A stretch of 63,880 nucleotides of DNA, counting the filler, from Choristocarpus tenellus KU-1152 (Eukaryota > Protista > Phaeophyceae): NCBI GenBank assembly GCA_964200185.2. It is 11 parts of 11 records of this genome, joined end to end, with 100 filler letters (N's around TTAATTAATTAA, not from the genome) between each part and the next. Parts side by side here need not be neighbours in the genome. Positions count along the whole stretch, not along the records: positions 42,276 to 58,221 come from CAXNAD020000900.1; positions 58,322 to 61,109 come from CAXNAD020024752.1; positions 61,210 to 63,880 come from CAXNAD020025776.1; 8 more parts are not named here. One strand, written 5' to 3'. A program made the position numbers and the translations under genes. Positions 51,113-63,856 of the stretch are shown here, piece after piece; the first letter of the stretch is position 1; each line of letters begins with the position of its first letter. Under the pieces are notes generated by a model, which worked only from the letters and a program-made list of their open reading frames with translations, searched no databases and was not told where the DNA came from.

Positions 51113-52935
51113 TTATGATGAGCTGTGATCTGCGTAAGGTAAGTGAGTTTGTGGAGAAGCGCATGGGGAGGGATCGTCGAGATGGTACGCTATCAGATGA
51201 ACCACTTTGGGATCTAGAGTAACATTTACTTGCCTCTTCTTGGTCTCATCGTCGTCATCCACGACATGGAAAATATCCTGTGCTGGTATGTACCGCTCAA
51301 CCGTGGTAAGGATCCACAGTTCGTGACTTGCCACCTTTGCTGCAACCTAGTATGGGGAATGAGGGTGCGCATGGAGGATGCCTGCTCACAACTAATGGGT
51401 GAGTGAATGCTCAGTATATGCCATGCCGGTACCTTCAATTCCTTCCAACTTACAAACACCAGCCAGACCAGACCCGTCACCTCTCTGTTGTGAGCAATGA
51501 GTGTTGCTGAGATTGAAGCGACCAGGTGTTATTTCATGTTCATGTGTGCAACAACGAACCTCCTGCCTTTCCTAGGGATCCATCTCACACACTCTTCATG
51601 TTCATCTCCCTGACTTACTTCTTCAGGACATTTTTTCTCGCGGTATCACTTAGTATGGATAACGGCATCATCAGCACTAACTGGGAGTGCTAGGCCTCTC
51701 TGTTGCATTCACTCTCTCATTGGATACCTTCCAGTCACTTCCAGCATACTCCTCCAACGGTGCACAACTCCCCGGAGTGTACAAAGATATCCACTTTCAT
51801 GAGTATACTGCACTCATTGATTGTCCAAAATGCATCAAAAGATTCCTACAAGGGATCCGTTATGGGTATCTCAAGATAAACTACTTAAACAGAGAGCGCA
51901 CAATTTACCTGATCACCAGGTTTGGGCATTCGGGTCATCCACGCCAGGGCTTTCCTGGTGACAGCAAGCACATTGGCCCACAACGACATGGCACGTTCAA
52001 GGATCATGATCAAACAGCGCAACCATGACAAGAGTTGAGAACCGCCAAACATACGTCAAATAGAGAAAACATCAAAGTGCAGCTTGGTAGAATAATATCA
52101 GAGGCGAAACTCAGGTACTGCACTGGCGGCTGTAGGCGCCCAGGTGCATTATCCACTCCACAAAACCACTTCAAAGAAACGGCCGAGCTTACCTTTTCGC
52201 ACTATTTGCTGAACCCCCAGTTTTTCGACGCTTGGCCTGACCTCCGCCATCGGGTCGGCGATTTCGCTTCGCCTGGTGCTGCTTCTCCGAGGACTCTGCC
52301 GTCGGTTCAGTCTGTGACGTCGTGCGATTGTTTTGGTGACGCTTAATACGCACTAGAGCTGCCCCGATTAGCTTCTCCAGTTCTGTGGTACCCTTTGTAA
52401 ATACGAGAGCGGAACTGTGTTTTGGAACGGGAGGAGAATACCATCTAGGTGTTGTGCGTCAAATGTGGTTGTGTTAGTGTTGGGGATACCTACTACTTTA
52501 CATCCCCAGAGTTCAAAGCAGGTTCAAACAGTCGTTATTCAACAAAGAAGTCCCAGTGTAAATTTGATTTAGAGCTTCAGAAACACAAGTAAAGGGGGAA
52601 TCACGTCAAGAGTGGGCAAAACTGATAATATATTAAATATCAATGATCTCACCACTAACCTCAATTGCCTGTTGGTAGACCGTAATGATTTGCGAGCACG
52701 CCTCTCTCGTTAGTTGGTTTGGAAACGATCCCAAAGGAACTGTAATAGGAGGAAAAATCAGGGGCAGAGGGGGAGATATTTGAAATATGGCGAGATAGCC
52801 CTAACTGTGCTTCTCTGTCCAGACTTCACATACCACGATCTCCTTACCGAATGTCTTTAACGTCGAACATGCCTGGTGAAATGGTGTTTTGCCTTTCGTC
52901 AGAAGAGCGCTTGCTGCACTCTCGACATAGTCCAT
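51113..52935 (-). CDS. Probable multi-exon gene of unknown function; exon structure unresolved
   Basis: Protein-like minus-strand segments with donors: MDYVESAASALLTKGKTPFHQACSTLKTF|GTAAGG, ...QAKRRKTGGSANSAK|GTAAGC, ...MPKPGDQ|GTAAAT, and VASHELWILTTVERYIPAQ... Confidence 0.35.
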
Positions 52936-53135
52936 TGCTTTGAGGAGGGATCTACTGTATTGGGCTGAACTACTATTGTGTTTACCACAGTAATCACACA
53001 ATGGATTGTACGGAGATCGAAGGGAGTTGCAGGGAACCTTTGAGGCATACTAATAATCCACATTCATTTTCAACCTTCATTTGTACCTTGTTTAGGTCTA
53101 GTTTCATCGACAAATCCGTTCGTTGACCACAACTC

Positions 53136-54250
53136 ATGCGAGGTTCAAAGAGTTTGCGAGAGATACTTTGTGCGTTTGGAGCGACGCAAGTCCGTGGCGT
53201 ATCTTCTTGGCGTTCCAATACCCATGCAGTTGATCTAGCTTCCCCCACAGCTAGGGGGTTAATAACTGTTACTTCTCGACAACATAAGGCCTTCGCTTCT
53301 AGCGCCTACCACGTGAAGAAAGATCAGGGGTCCTCCTTCGACGGGCTCCAAGTGTGTACCTGGATTGACTCCGCGACATTGGGGGGAAGTACTGTGAGGT
53401 CTGGTCCGTTCTGTTTTGACGACGAAGCCGGAAACCTTCCCATGGAGGGCTTGACCATTGGATCACACAGGTACCGAAGGACTAAGGACTAAGACCTCCG
53501 CCACAGGCTGTGAAGGGTCTTTTATCGATGGATCCAACCCCTAAATCCCCGCTCTCATTTCAGTCTTAATGACTAAATAAAATTGGTTCATATGCTCGTT
53601 GTGAAGTTCGCCTTCTTCTAACCAGAAGGGACCAGACATGCTACTCTTTAACCCTTCTACTGTGTCAACTTGGACTTAAGTTGGTGTCTCTCCTTCCTCC
53701 CCCCATACTTGACGACCATCCAAGTCTGTCTGCTGCAGTTGTCGATGCGGATGCATCTCCAGGAGAGGGAATCCTGGAAATAATCTCGCCTGTTACAACA
53801 ACTTCCTTCGAGGTGGCACTGGAGGAAGAATTCATCCCAGCCTATCACTGGAAACCTGTACATCCAGGGCAGACTGTACCAGCAGGGCTGGAGGTGGTGC
53901 TGCCCCTTGACGGAAGCGGGGAACGACGAGCACGAATCCCACCCACATGGCGACTCCAGCTCTATATCCAACTAGGGCATACTGGAGGGACGATTGAAAG
54001 TTTGAAAGGATTTTTCTTCCGGACAGATGTATGCCAAGACACGAGAGTGGGGGATATCTGCAAGGAGATTGCTTCTCACCCCCGACTGAGTTTACCCCCC
54101 GATTCTTCTGTGTGTTTGTTGTTCAAGGGGGAACCATTACAGTTGGATGACAGCGCTGGAGGCACAAATCTTTTCAACATAAAAGAGGAAATTGAGGTTG
54201 TTGTGGATATTAATAGTAACTGTGTGAAGCAATCAGATGTAAAGCATTAA
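53136..54250 (+). CDS. Protein with a SIL1-like N-terminal motif and a C-terminal ubiquitin-like domain (main exon 53681-54250; tentative exon 53136-53351)
   Basis: FIPAYHWKPVHPGQTVPAGLEVVLPLDGSGERRARIP followed by FFRTDVCQDTRVGDICKEI...LLFKGEPLQLDDS; TAAG acceptor at 53680. Confidence 0.7.
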
Positions 54251-54504
54251 CTAGCAATATAACTTTTTCACGAATGGTGTTTTGATAGAGTCATTGGGCT
54301 GTGCAAATTGTGAGGGTACAATGCAGTTACTGCTCGAGTATGTAGAACAATGGAGTAGAAAATTGTAAGAAAGTGACGGCATACATTTCTTCTCCAACAC
54401 ACTTTAGTCCCCAAATGAATTTAAGTGAGGTTTCCAAGTGTTTTTTTGTTAACTATAAAAAGAAATGCACATCAGTCATTTGCATTGTGGCTCAGGTGGT
54501 GACC

Positions 54505-57249
54505 TTATATCCGCTCCAGGATTTCCTTTGACGGTGGGATTGGGGCAATCATGGCTCTAGGGATGCCAAGTTGATCCTCAGCCATTACGAAGCCCATTTC
54601 CTCATAGAAGCGGAAGAGACCCCCAGCACCATTGTCTTGTACTGTGATTAGAGCAAAGCAAAATCCTTTTCTTGCTAGAATACACATACACTCGAGGAAG
54701 AGCCTCCTGCCCAGGCGCAACCCCCTGTACCTGGGATCAACAAACACAAAAACGATAGGGGGTACCTCGACACGATTCAACGAGAAGCCACCTGATACAC
54801 TCTTCCAATCAAACAGCTCTCTAAGGGCAGCATCCATGCGCGGCGATACCCCAGCAGTGGTCCGTAAACCCGCCCTCCCAACCACTTTTCGTCGCCCCCA
54901 CGGTCGCTGTGGTCGTAGGGTGGCCAAAACTACCACTTCCCTTCTCCATGGTGGCCACGACCACTCCTGATGTAGATCCACAAGTGGCCTGCCCATTGCA
55001 TCCAATATTGGTACATCCATTCCTCCAACCCCCTGCCGAAAATAACGGTGTGCCAAGGTGCTGTTGGCACGTTCTAACCGTGGCATACCCGGTGAATTTT
55101 CAAGGGAATTAGGAGTGGACACTGTGCTAGGGTCTATCAGCCAGGCTCGGTCCAGCATGTCTCTGTCCCCCACCCACCTTGAATTAAGGTGCCATGCAGG
55201 CAATCCCCACTTCCACAGCGTGAGGTCTCCTCGTAGTAGGGGAGAGGTCAGACGGGCAAAACCTCGTAGAATCATTGGGGAGGAATGCACTAAGTTTCCT
55301 GACCCAGCTTCAGAGCCAGGAGCGAAGATGTTCAGTGCTGGATCCAGGCGCAAGTGTGCATGCCGTTGCTTACCGGAGAAGATGATTCCCGTACCTTGAG
55401 AACGAGGAGATAGCATTACACCCCTCTCTTCAAAACAGATAGCCCAAGATAATCTGTCATCCAGGGCAACAGAGAAGGACACCATGGACTTGCTGCGGCT
55501 GAATTTCACTGCTGCTTCAAGCTTGTCAGGGTACCGTTTTCCCCTGACTCGCTTTCTTGACCTTAGTTGATCATCATGGCCCTCTTCAAACTTGCAAACA
55601 AATATATCTTGTGGGCCAGTGTCCACTGAGATAGGGTCCAAACCAAATGTTGCAGCTACACGAGTGCGGACATCCTGCCCTAAGCCCTCTTCCCACAGGC
55701 CTTGTGACACTCGGAGGTCCCTGAGGCAGATGGCAGTGACCTGTTCCGCTCCATCACCATGAAATTGGTCCCAGTTTCCCATGATCTGAGCCTCATTAAC
55801 AATTGTCTGGCACATTTCCTGAGTTAGTAGAGGTCCAACCTGTGTGGCCAGAAGAGGGTTATACTCACCCGCTGCAAGGGAAGCTGGAGGAGGATCCTGG
55901 GAGAGTGCATGCTTAGCCTGACATCGAGAAGAGCATTGCCCTATCCAAAATGTTAACTTTGCAAGGAACTGCTGCTTGTCAACTCTCTGCACAGCGATTC
56001 TCTCTTCCGCTTCTGTCATGGGAAGTAGTTTGACAGGAAGGACCTCTACAATGGATGTCAGCCGCGCGAAATCCTGTGGGAGGTAAACGATCGCTTTTTG
56101 AATCAGGTGGGAACTTGTAGGTCTTGGTGTGGTTCGTATTGTTGAAGATTGGTAGGAAAGAATAGATTTTGGGCACAACAAGTTATGTTTTAAAATGTAG
56201 TACAGTATGAGCTCTGGTTGTAGCTAAGCAAAGCGGAAGGGCAATGCCACCTCCACAGCAATACCAAGAGGATGCGAAACATTTGATTGATGAACATATC
56301 CGTACCTGACTTGTTGGAAAGCGGCCAACCTGAACTTGGGAAACACCTCACCTCAATGGTTTCTGACAGTTTCTTCACAAATGCAGCGCTCTGTTGTGGT
56401 CTCCCCTTTGCTTGCACTTTCTTCGGCAAGAGGATTCCTGTCCCGAGACCCTACCAATTGGCACCCGCGCAATGCAAGCCAATGAATACGCGATGAACAA
56501 GCGCAGAATTACCAAAATTTCTGTTTCTGCTTCCATCGGGCTGTGCAATGAGTCCACTGCAATCCCTTCTTACCTCTTGCGCACCAGAGAGGTTACCCGA
56601 TTCACTCCAACGGATGTCACCAAGGCTGTCTAGTAGGTCGATGAAACCCGAAGAGGCCATCAATCCGTTGCTTGTCGCCACAAGGTACTTTTCCCCTATC
56701 ATCATCAAGGTATGTCCAGGGTCTACAAGGCCTCTCACTACTGTTCTAATGTGGGAATGAAACCCGCTCTCGCTGTCTCGCCCAACTATTTCCCCTGACA
56801 AGTTAGCATTGTCCTTGATCTCAATTTCAAACATCGTTGCCCTAGAGAGGTTAGACAGCGATCCGTCCTTCGTAAGAGGGGGTAATCGGTCGCCAGCATC
56901 GATTGGTTTGAGTCCACAGAGGTGCATATTTGGATACCACGCAGGATTCTGACCTGGCAACAGAATAAGCAGAAGAGAAAATTTGACTCAAGCTAGAGGG
57001 CAACAGGAGCTAAAATCAGCTAAAGAGAACATATATAACTGAAGACTACTCATTTTTGCCTGCAGGGACCTGCTGTCTCCTTCGCTCCATCATGACACGA
57101 TGGTGTCGAGGCAGATCTGAAAAGGATGTCCGTGACAAGACATGTTGAAAAGCAACTAGCCCCCTACAGTAGCAGGGATCTCGACCTAACGAAGCAAAGG
57201 CAAAAGCATATCCCCACGTCGCCAAGGCGTGAGGACTTGTCCTCCACAT
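54505..57249 (-). CDS. 2OG-Fe(II) oxygenase-like domain fused to a C-terminal GNAT acetyltransferase (exons about 57249-57060 tentative, 56953-56574, 56450-56352, 56073-54505)
   Basis: LLTQEMCQTIVNEA, DIFVCKF, SMVSFSVAL, GTGIIFSGKQRHA (prolyl/lysyl hydroxylase-type fold); VFVDPRYRGLRLGRRLF...FYEEMGF (GNAT motifs A and B); GT-AG junctions preserve the frame for the last three exons. Confidence 0.8.
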
Positions 57250-57427
57250 TTTAAAACTGGGAGGATAGAATTGGAGTGTCTAGTGGATAAACTGGCACCT
57301 CCGGAGGAGGTATGATTGAATTGTAATATTCGCACAATTTAGAAAAATATTGTTTAGATCGCAAATTACACACCGTAAAAAATACACCAAACATAAGAAA
57401 AGGCACTCTCACTCAATGGAATATCCT

Positions 57428-57740
57428 TCCACACGACGAATTAGAGTGGGGGGTGGTCACCATCGGGTTCCTCGTGAAGAGTAGCTAGCACTTGTGGCAA
57501 ATATATGTCAATGCCAACAATCCGTCAACCACAACCGTATTTGGGTCAAAAAGATAGGTCTTTTATAATGTAGTTGACACGACAACAACAACAATCTGAC
57601 AGGCGAGCAAGAATCTCTAGGATGTATTTACATCTCTTTGATCAAGACGACAAAAAATCCTTCAGAAATTTAGGGATTTTTTTTTTTTATGAGAGTGCCC
57701 ACCCATCACCCTTCTTTGCTAATAACGCTCTCTAAAAACA
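57428..57740 (+). repeat. Dispersed repeat, diverged copy of 47900-48185
   Basis: Nucleotide similarity to 47900-48185. Confidence 0.7.
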
Positions 57741-58149
57741 TGCCTTTTTCATATTAGGTAATAATAATAGTTAACGCCATTGATTGTTCCTAGCTCTCAC
57801 ACTCGTTAAAATGAAGATAGTGATGTTTTAGAGTATCCATAAAACTATGGTCCAACACCCCTGGTTTTACTCCTTCTCACTGTTGTAGGAACCTAGTTTG
57901 AGTTGATACAAACAAACGCACATCACCAGTACAACAGGTAGGTGGTGACCAAAAAAGTATGATAGTCTATATTTATTTGCCTTGTATTCTTTACATGGTC
58001 TTTCCTTTGTTGTACTATTAAATAATACTAATAATTAATAATAGTAGTATTATCCAATGATAGTAATAATAATCCCCCCCCTGACACATCTGCAAAATGT
58101 CAGAGGGCATCATAATAAAAATAGTAATACTATGGATAAGTTAAAACTA

Positions 58150-58221
58150 TGATCCTCGTAGTTATAACCTCAACACCTTTGCGGTGGAAAGTTTTGGGCG
58201 CCTCGGCAAGCAAGCGGAAAG
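58150..58221 (+). pseudogene. Second RLE-type LINE fragment, cut by the gap
   Basis: DPRSYNLNTFAVESFGRLGKQAE; reverse-complement match to 46500-46570. Confidence 0.65.
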
Positions 58222-60972
58222 NNNNNNNNNNNNNNNNNNNNNNNNNNNNNNNNNNNNNNNNNNNNTTAATTAATTAANNNNNNNNNNNNNNNNNNNNNNN
58301 NNNNNNNNNNNNNNNNNNNNNGTATATTACATCCAAGTGTGCGTCAGGGGCACTATTGCAGAGTGAGCTTGAGGTGCTCAATGAGGGGATAATGACAATC
58401 AATATAATAAGAAACAACAATTCCTGTGCATCTGGGGTCTTATGCACAAATAAAAAAGAAAGGACAGATATGGGAACAACAACGAAATAGAAAGAGGAAC
58501 ACAAGGTAACAATGGGGCGCACTTGATGTAAGTTCCGAAGTAACTTAGATGACTTGTGCTGTGATGTTCCTGTGTGTGATGTGGGTCAACTGAATATCAA
58601 ATGATGCTATACTTCAGTACAAGCTGGTAGTATTGTGTATCATATCAACAAGAAACAAATGAGTAGCCCATTTTTTAACAGTGTTAGCCATGCTATACTA
58701 GTACTGTGTGAGCCATAGCGATTGAGTCGGTCCAATTCGATTAAATCGCAGTTTTAATCAAACTGAAAATCTCGGGACTGACTTTTTTTCTTCCTTGGAA
58801 TATTTGGAGGAGAGAAGTACAAATATAGGCACGCAACAACCGCACAAGCACCATAACCATAACTAGGACTGCATAATAAGCCTTGATGTGCCCAGGTCCT
58901 CGGTGACTACACAGGTATGATGTTGACCCATCTGCAGGATACGCCCTTCTGTGTGTGGAGGATGATGGCAAGGAAGGTGAGCGGTAAAGTGAAGATGTAG
59001 AATCTGCCTTCAAGGTGCGGACGGCGAGTCATCAATGGTTAAGTTGGGTCGTTGCCTGAGGAAGAAGGTCACCATATACGACCCACCACTGCACAGATCT
59101 ATGTTTGGATTATGTAGTTGGTATAGTGTTCAACGAGGAAGGGGGAAAATGTGTCATATACTGTATGCTGTGAGTGTGTTAGTGTGATGTTATCTGTTAT
59201 TGCGAAACGCTTTGGTACGGGGAGGAATACTGCCTAGTGCTCTGAAGGTGAGAAAAGGCAGCCCAGAGGACTTAAGTGGAAGCAGGTCCTGATTACTTGT
59301 CTGGACCCCACCCCCAAATACGTTTGGGGTTTCAGAGAATGAGCACAAGGAAGACATTTTACGCAGAGGGAGTTGGAAGTTCTAGGCATTGTGGAGGAGA
59401 AGCACAAAGCACAAGAGGCAGAGAATAGTCCAGTGGTGGAACCAAGCCCACGCCCACGCACTGCCCATCATGAGTGGGGCAGCCTTCCCATAAATGACCT
59501 AACGGGATTTCCTTGCAATGTGTGAAAAGAGTTCAGCTGGTGGAGGTGAGATATGTAGAATACACGCAAGACCAGGGAGTACATGGAGAAAGATACACAT
59601 GTAGAGGTAGATGTTTTCGAAAATTGAAGGAGGAAGGTTCCCAACAATTGATATGGACAGTGGACTTACAACAACTCACTCAAGCGGCGGTGGGAAAGTA
59701 GCTCAAAATTTCCGTGCTTGGCAAGACTTAACCACCGCATTTGGCCATTCCTCCTATACAACAAGCAGGCTCTGAGTGCATGTTATCAACAGCTGGGAAT
59801 ATTGCGACCTAAGAACGAACAAAGGCTGGACCTAGGTTATGTGCAGCTCATGTCTTTCCTTCGCAACAACTGGAAGCATGGGAGGCTGCCAAGAAAGGCA
59901 CAGAAATGATACCACCTGAAGTTTGAATAAGTACCACCAAGGTGTAGCCACACACCCATACAAACATACATTATACACAAAACGTATATCAGACATCGCA
60001 TCAAATAAAAATCTAGTAGTACGGAAAAAAGAGGACGCAAATGAGGATCTCAAATTATTTCACCTCTGGTGAAACCACTCACCATCCATGGGGCCTTTTG
60101 CCTCGCATTGCTGTGAGGTACTCGGAGCTCGGTCGAACAAAGCGCACCTTTTGTGCACGGTTCAATTATAATCAAGTACACAGAAAACTTTGAGCCGATT
60201 TAACTTTTGCCCGTATTTTCTTTCGAGATTCACAACACTACACTTAAAATTATTCAACCAACCTCTTCACGGAGCATATTACAAGATTCATGGCAACATG
60301 GGGTTTACCAGGGTTTCAGTGCACTGGGTCACCTGTTTGCAACACAATACTTCAAGCCTCTGCACAGAGCACTTCATCAGAACCAACGATTAGTTCAATT
60401 CAAGGTCTTAACAACTGACTATCTGCGCGTGACTATCTGCGCGGTAGCTCAGGAGTTTCCTAATGCTTCAATACGCTTTTATGACTATCAGTAGCAAGAT
60501 CTCCAGTGACTACCCAGCTTTCCCTGTCCATATGGACAGCATATTCAGATCGGTCTCCATACTTGTTAGGTTCGTAATCTGTGTAAATATACTCCATAGA
60601 CTGGTATTTGTAAAAGTAGAGTGAAGACTCAACAGGATAGAAGTCAGGAGAAGAAAGGAGAGGGGAGTCTCACCCAGTACTCTTGACAATACATGATGGA
60701 TGGTAAAGAGAAGATATTAATTTCGTAGACAGGGTCTCATTTTATTACTGAAGGATTTCTTCATCCACAACATACATACACACAAAAACATATTGGTCAC
60801 ACAGGAAACATACTGTTGTGACTATTATATCAGTATAGTCTAAGATCCAGTCAATCACCAATCAACTGTTCAGAAGTTCTATTATTCTGCACAACATGGA
60901 CAAAATGCACTGAGGACATTTTTTGGATGTCTCATGGTCATGCGTGGACACACACCTCGAGGAGACACTCCA

Positions 60973-61109
60973 GCGTCAAAGTATCTGGGGGGGGGTGTCG
61001 GCGTCCGTTTTTCACCCTTTTTTCGATTTTCACTTTTTTGTGAGGTGTGGTCGGCCGTGTCGGGTTTGAAGTGTCAGGAAATAAAAATAGCTGGTCGGCC
61101 ATGTTTCTT
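60973..61109 (+). mobile_element. MITE-like family C end, cut by the gap
   Basis: GCGTCAAAGTATCT + poly-G + TGTCGGCGTCCGTTTTTCACCC. Confidence 0.7.
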
Positions 61110-61209
61110 NNNNNNNNNNNNNNNNNNNNNNNNNNNNNNNNNNNNNNNNNNNNTTAATTAATTAANNNNNNNNNNNNNNNNNNNNNNNNNNNNNNNNNNN
61201 NNNNNNNNN

Positions 61210-61365
61210 GGGGGGGGCTACACCAGGGTGTCCATTCAGGCCCTGACCAGGAGAAGTGCACTTATATTATCCATCCCACTCATGCAACCAAATCACCCAG
61301 AAATCGCGACATGAAAAATGGACCCCGAATGGACTGCTGCCACCCCACCCCAGACACTTTGAGCC
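61210..61365 (+). mobile_element. MITE-like family B copy
   Basis: poly-G CTACACCAGGGTGTCCATT...CCCAGACACTTTGAGCC. Confidence 0.8.
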
Positions 61366-61649
61366 TGATGGAAGAAAACCGATAGCAGCAACACCCTAGT
61401 CGGAAATAGTGAAGGCAAATGGATCATCTCCTCACATTTATTGCTGCCAGCCACAGTTGAACAAGCTCAATTTCGTCTTTCACCATACGTAGAGTCTTAC
61501 ATGTTACGGCACCACACAGTTGCATATATATCCAAAGATATATTGACCACCAGAGTGCCCTGAGTAGAAGGATTGCAATAACTCAATTAGTCTTGGTGTC
61601 CTTCCCATATTTGTGTTCTCTGTAGTTATCTTAAGCTGGTAGTGGCAAT

Positions 61650-62171
61650 GAGTCAAAGCATTTAAAAGGAAGGTGCAGCATCCGTTTGGGGACCAAAATC
61701 CAATGTTGCAATTTTGACGTAATTTTACCTATCATATTTGTTAGCAAGTGTCAGTATCCTTACTCCGGACACATCCTTCATATTCGTATTACACTTGACC
61801 CAAAGTATCTTAGAGGGTAGGGACGCGTCCATTTGGGGCCAAAATCCAATTTTGCGATTTTGATGTAGTTTTGTCTGTCGTGTTCGTTAGGAAGTGTCAA
61901 TATCCTTGTCCCCGACACACCTTTTCATAACGTATAAATTTTACCTACTCAGAAACATTTTGGAGTAGGAAAATGTCATAAAAAAACCCATGGGAAGTCA
62001 AGCCCCAAATGGACAAACAGGGCAAAACTCGTACCCTCTAAGATACTTTTGCTCCTTTAGGTAACTGTTTTCACACAGAAAACGGAAAGAGGGTATAAAA
62101 AAACCTGTGGGAAGCCAAGCCCCGAACGGACAAACAGGACAAAACTCCTGCCCTCTCAAATGCTTTGGGTC
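61650..62171 (-). mobile_element. Older family A MITE containing a nested younger family A copy (61797-62054)
   Basis: Outer ends GAGTCAAAGCATTT / AAATGCTTTGGGTC flanked by AAT; inner ends GACCCAAAGTATCT / AGATACTTTTGCTC flanked by CTT. Confidence 0.85.
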
Positions 62172-62539
62172 AATGCTGATTACTACTTATTCTGAAACAG
62201 AAGCCTGAGCTTTTCGCTCTATCCAACTGCTGCTGCCTTTGTAGATAACTAATGACAAGATGGGAGTTGTCTCACTGATGGGAGCACATGGAGAAATGAA
62301 CGGATGCATGCATGGAATGACGGAGAATGAGGTTTGTGAACTGAAACTGGCAATCACCCACTGACACTGCATTGAGTCACGCACACACACATAGACATGG
62401 ACCTGGACAAAGAAAACACAGAGTAAACCATCAAACAGCAGACAGACCAATAGTAAATGCTGAACTTTCAACAGTTGGTCATGCAATACTAGAAATACAT
62501 ATACACACACAAGCGCTTGAGAACTGTTCCCTTCCGTGA

Positions 62540-62830
62540 TATATGTATGTGCTGTTCATTCACGTTGAAGCTGCTGTGGTCTTTCCGATGACGGCCCCCT
62601 GCTAATACAATGGTAAATGCATTTTGTCGCACAATCCCACAATGGCTGTGGTCTGCTTACCTCAAGTTCTCCCTATGCAGAAAGGTCAACATGTGGTGTC
62701 CCATGATGATATTTGCATATGTCAGCCAATGCTTTCCATACCACCTGACTTTACCATTGCCCAAACTCCTCAACTATGATGCCATGGTACCATCCCTGGT
62801 ATGTATGCGCTCAGCATGATGGATGGATCG
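62540..62830 (+). pseudogene. Decayed Ty3/Gypsy integrase core fragment
   Basis: SDDGP...AFCR...SAY....CRKVN...MIFAYV...LPKLLNYD resembles SD.G..F...SAYHP...ER.N...LR.YV...LP...YN. Confidence 0.4.
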
Positions 62831-63344
62831 AAATTTCTGGTGTAGAAGGTATGAAGGCAAAGAGAAAAAAGAAAAAGGTGGCCGAGACCATCAACACCCT
62901 AGGCCCAGTGAGGATCAAGCCGCATCGTCGGAAGGTACAATATGAGCACTGCCACCCATGCCTTTCCCTCCCTCCACTTCCAACAAATAGAAAAAAAGTT
63001 ATCAACCAACCTCGTTTATCTCTTTTTCGAGCTCATCCACATCAGAAAAGGTTCGAGGGCGGTTTCCGTAACATCAAATTGCTGTTGTTGATGCATACAA
63101 GTGGTATCCTTGCAACAATCCGGATTGCCCTTTTTAACGTTCAAGAGCAAGAACCCTACAAGTGAATATTAGTGCTCAGTTGTAGTACAGAGCGCATGAA
63201 GCACATCATGGGATTGCATTCATGAAGAAGAAATCTTGCTTGTTACTCTCACCACAGGATGTGATATGCTACTTTCGGGGTGAATATTGACACATTGTTA
63301 AGGGATGGGCATAGTTGTACTTGCAGCTGACAGTGGTAGCGCCA

Positions 63345-63573
63345 TGTCTGTTTGGGGGCCAAAATCCGATGTTGCGACTTTGATATAATTTTGACTATCG
63401 TCTTTTTAGGAAGTGTCAATATCCTTGTTCCAGACACACCTTTTCATAATGTATACATTTTACTTACTCCGAAAAAATTCAAAGTAGGTAAAATTTCATT
63501 ATCAACCCGTGGGAATCCAATCCCCAAACGGACAAACAGGGCAAAAATTGTACCCTCTAAGATACTTTCACTC
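63345..63573 (-). mobile_element. MITE-like family A copy with one end missing
   Basis: Internal homology plus TACCCTCTAAGATACTTTCACTC. Confidence 0.85.
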
Positions 63574-63856
63574 TTAGCTAAAGGTTAGTATTACAGAGTG
63601 CTTGCTAAGCTGCAAATTCAAGTTGCAATGGAAAATATCTCCTACATTGTAGACAGGGAAGGCAAGCTGAGTAAAGGTAACAAGCAGTTTGAGGGTTTCC
63701 AGCATCAGCCCATGTGAAAGGGATTGATTTTTACATGATCTTTGTGAGTACCATTACTTTTAGTTGGTGCAATTTGCCCTGGTCTTAGCTCTTTGCAATG
63801 AGGAGACCCAAACATAAGCCCAAAACACCGCTGCATTGTGTTCAAAACAGTCTATT

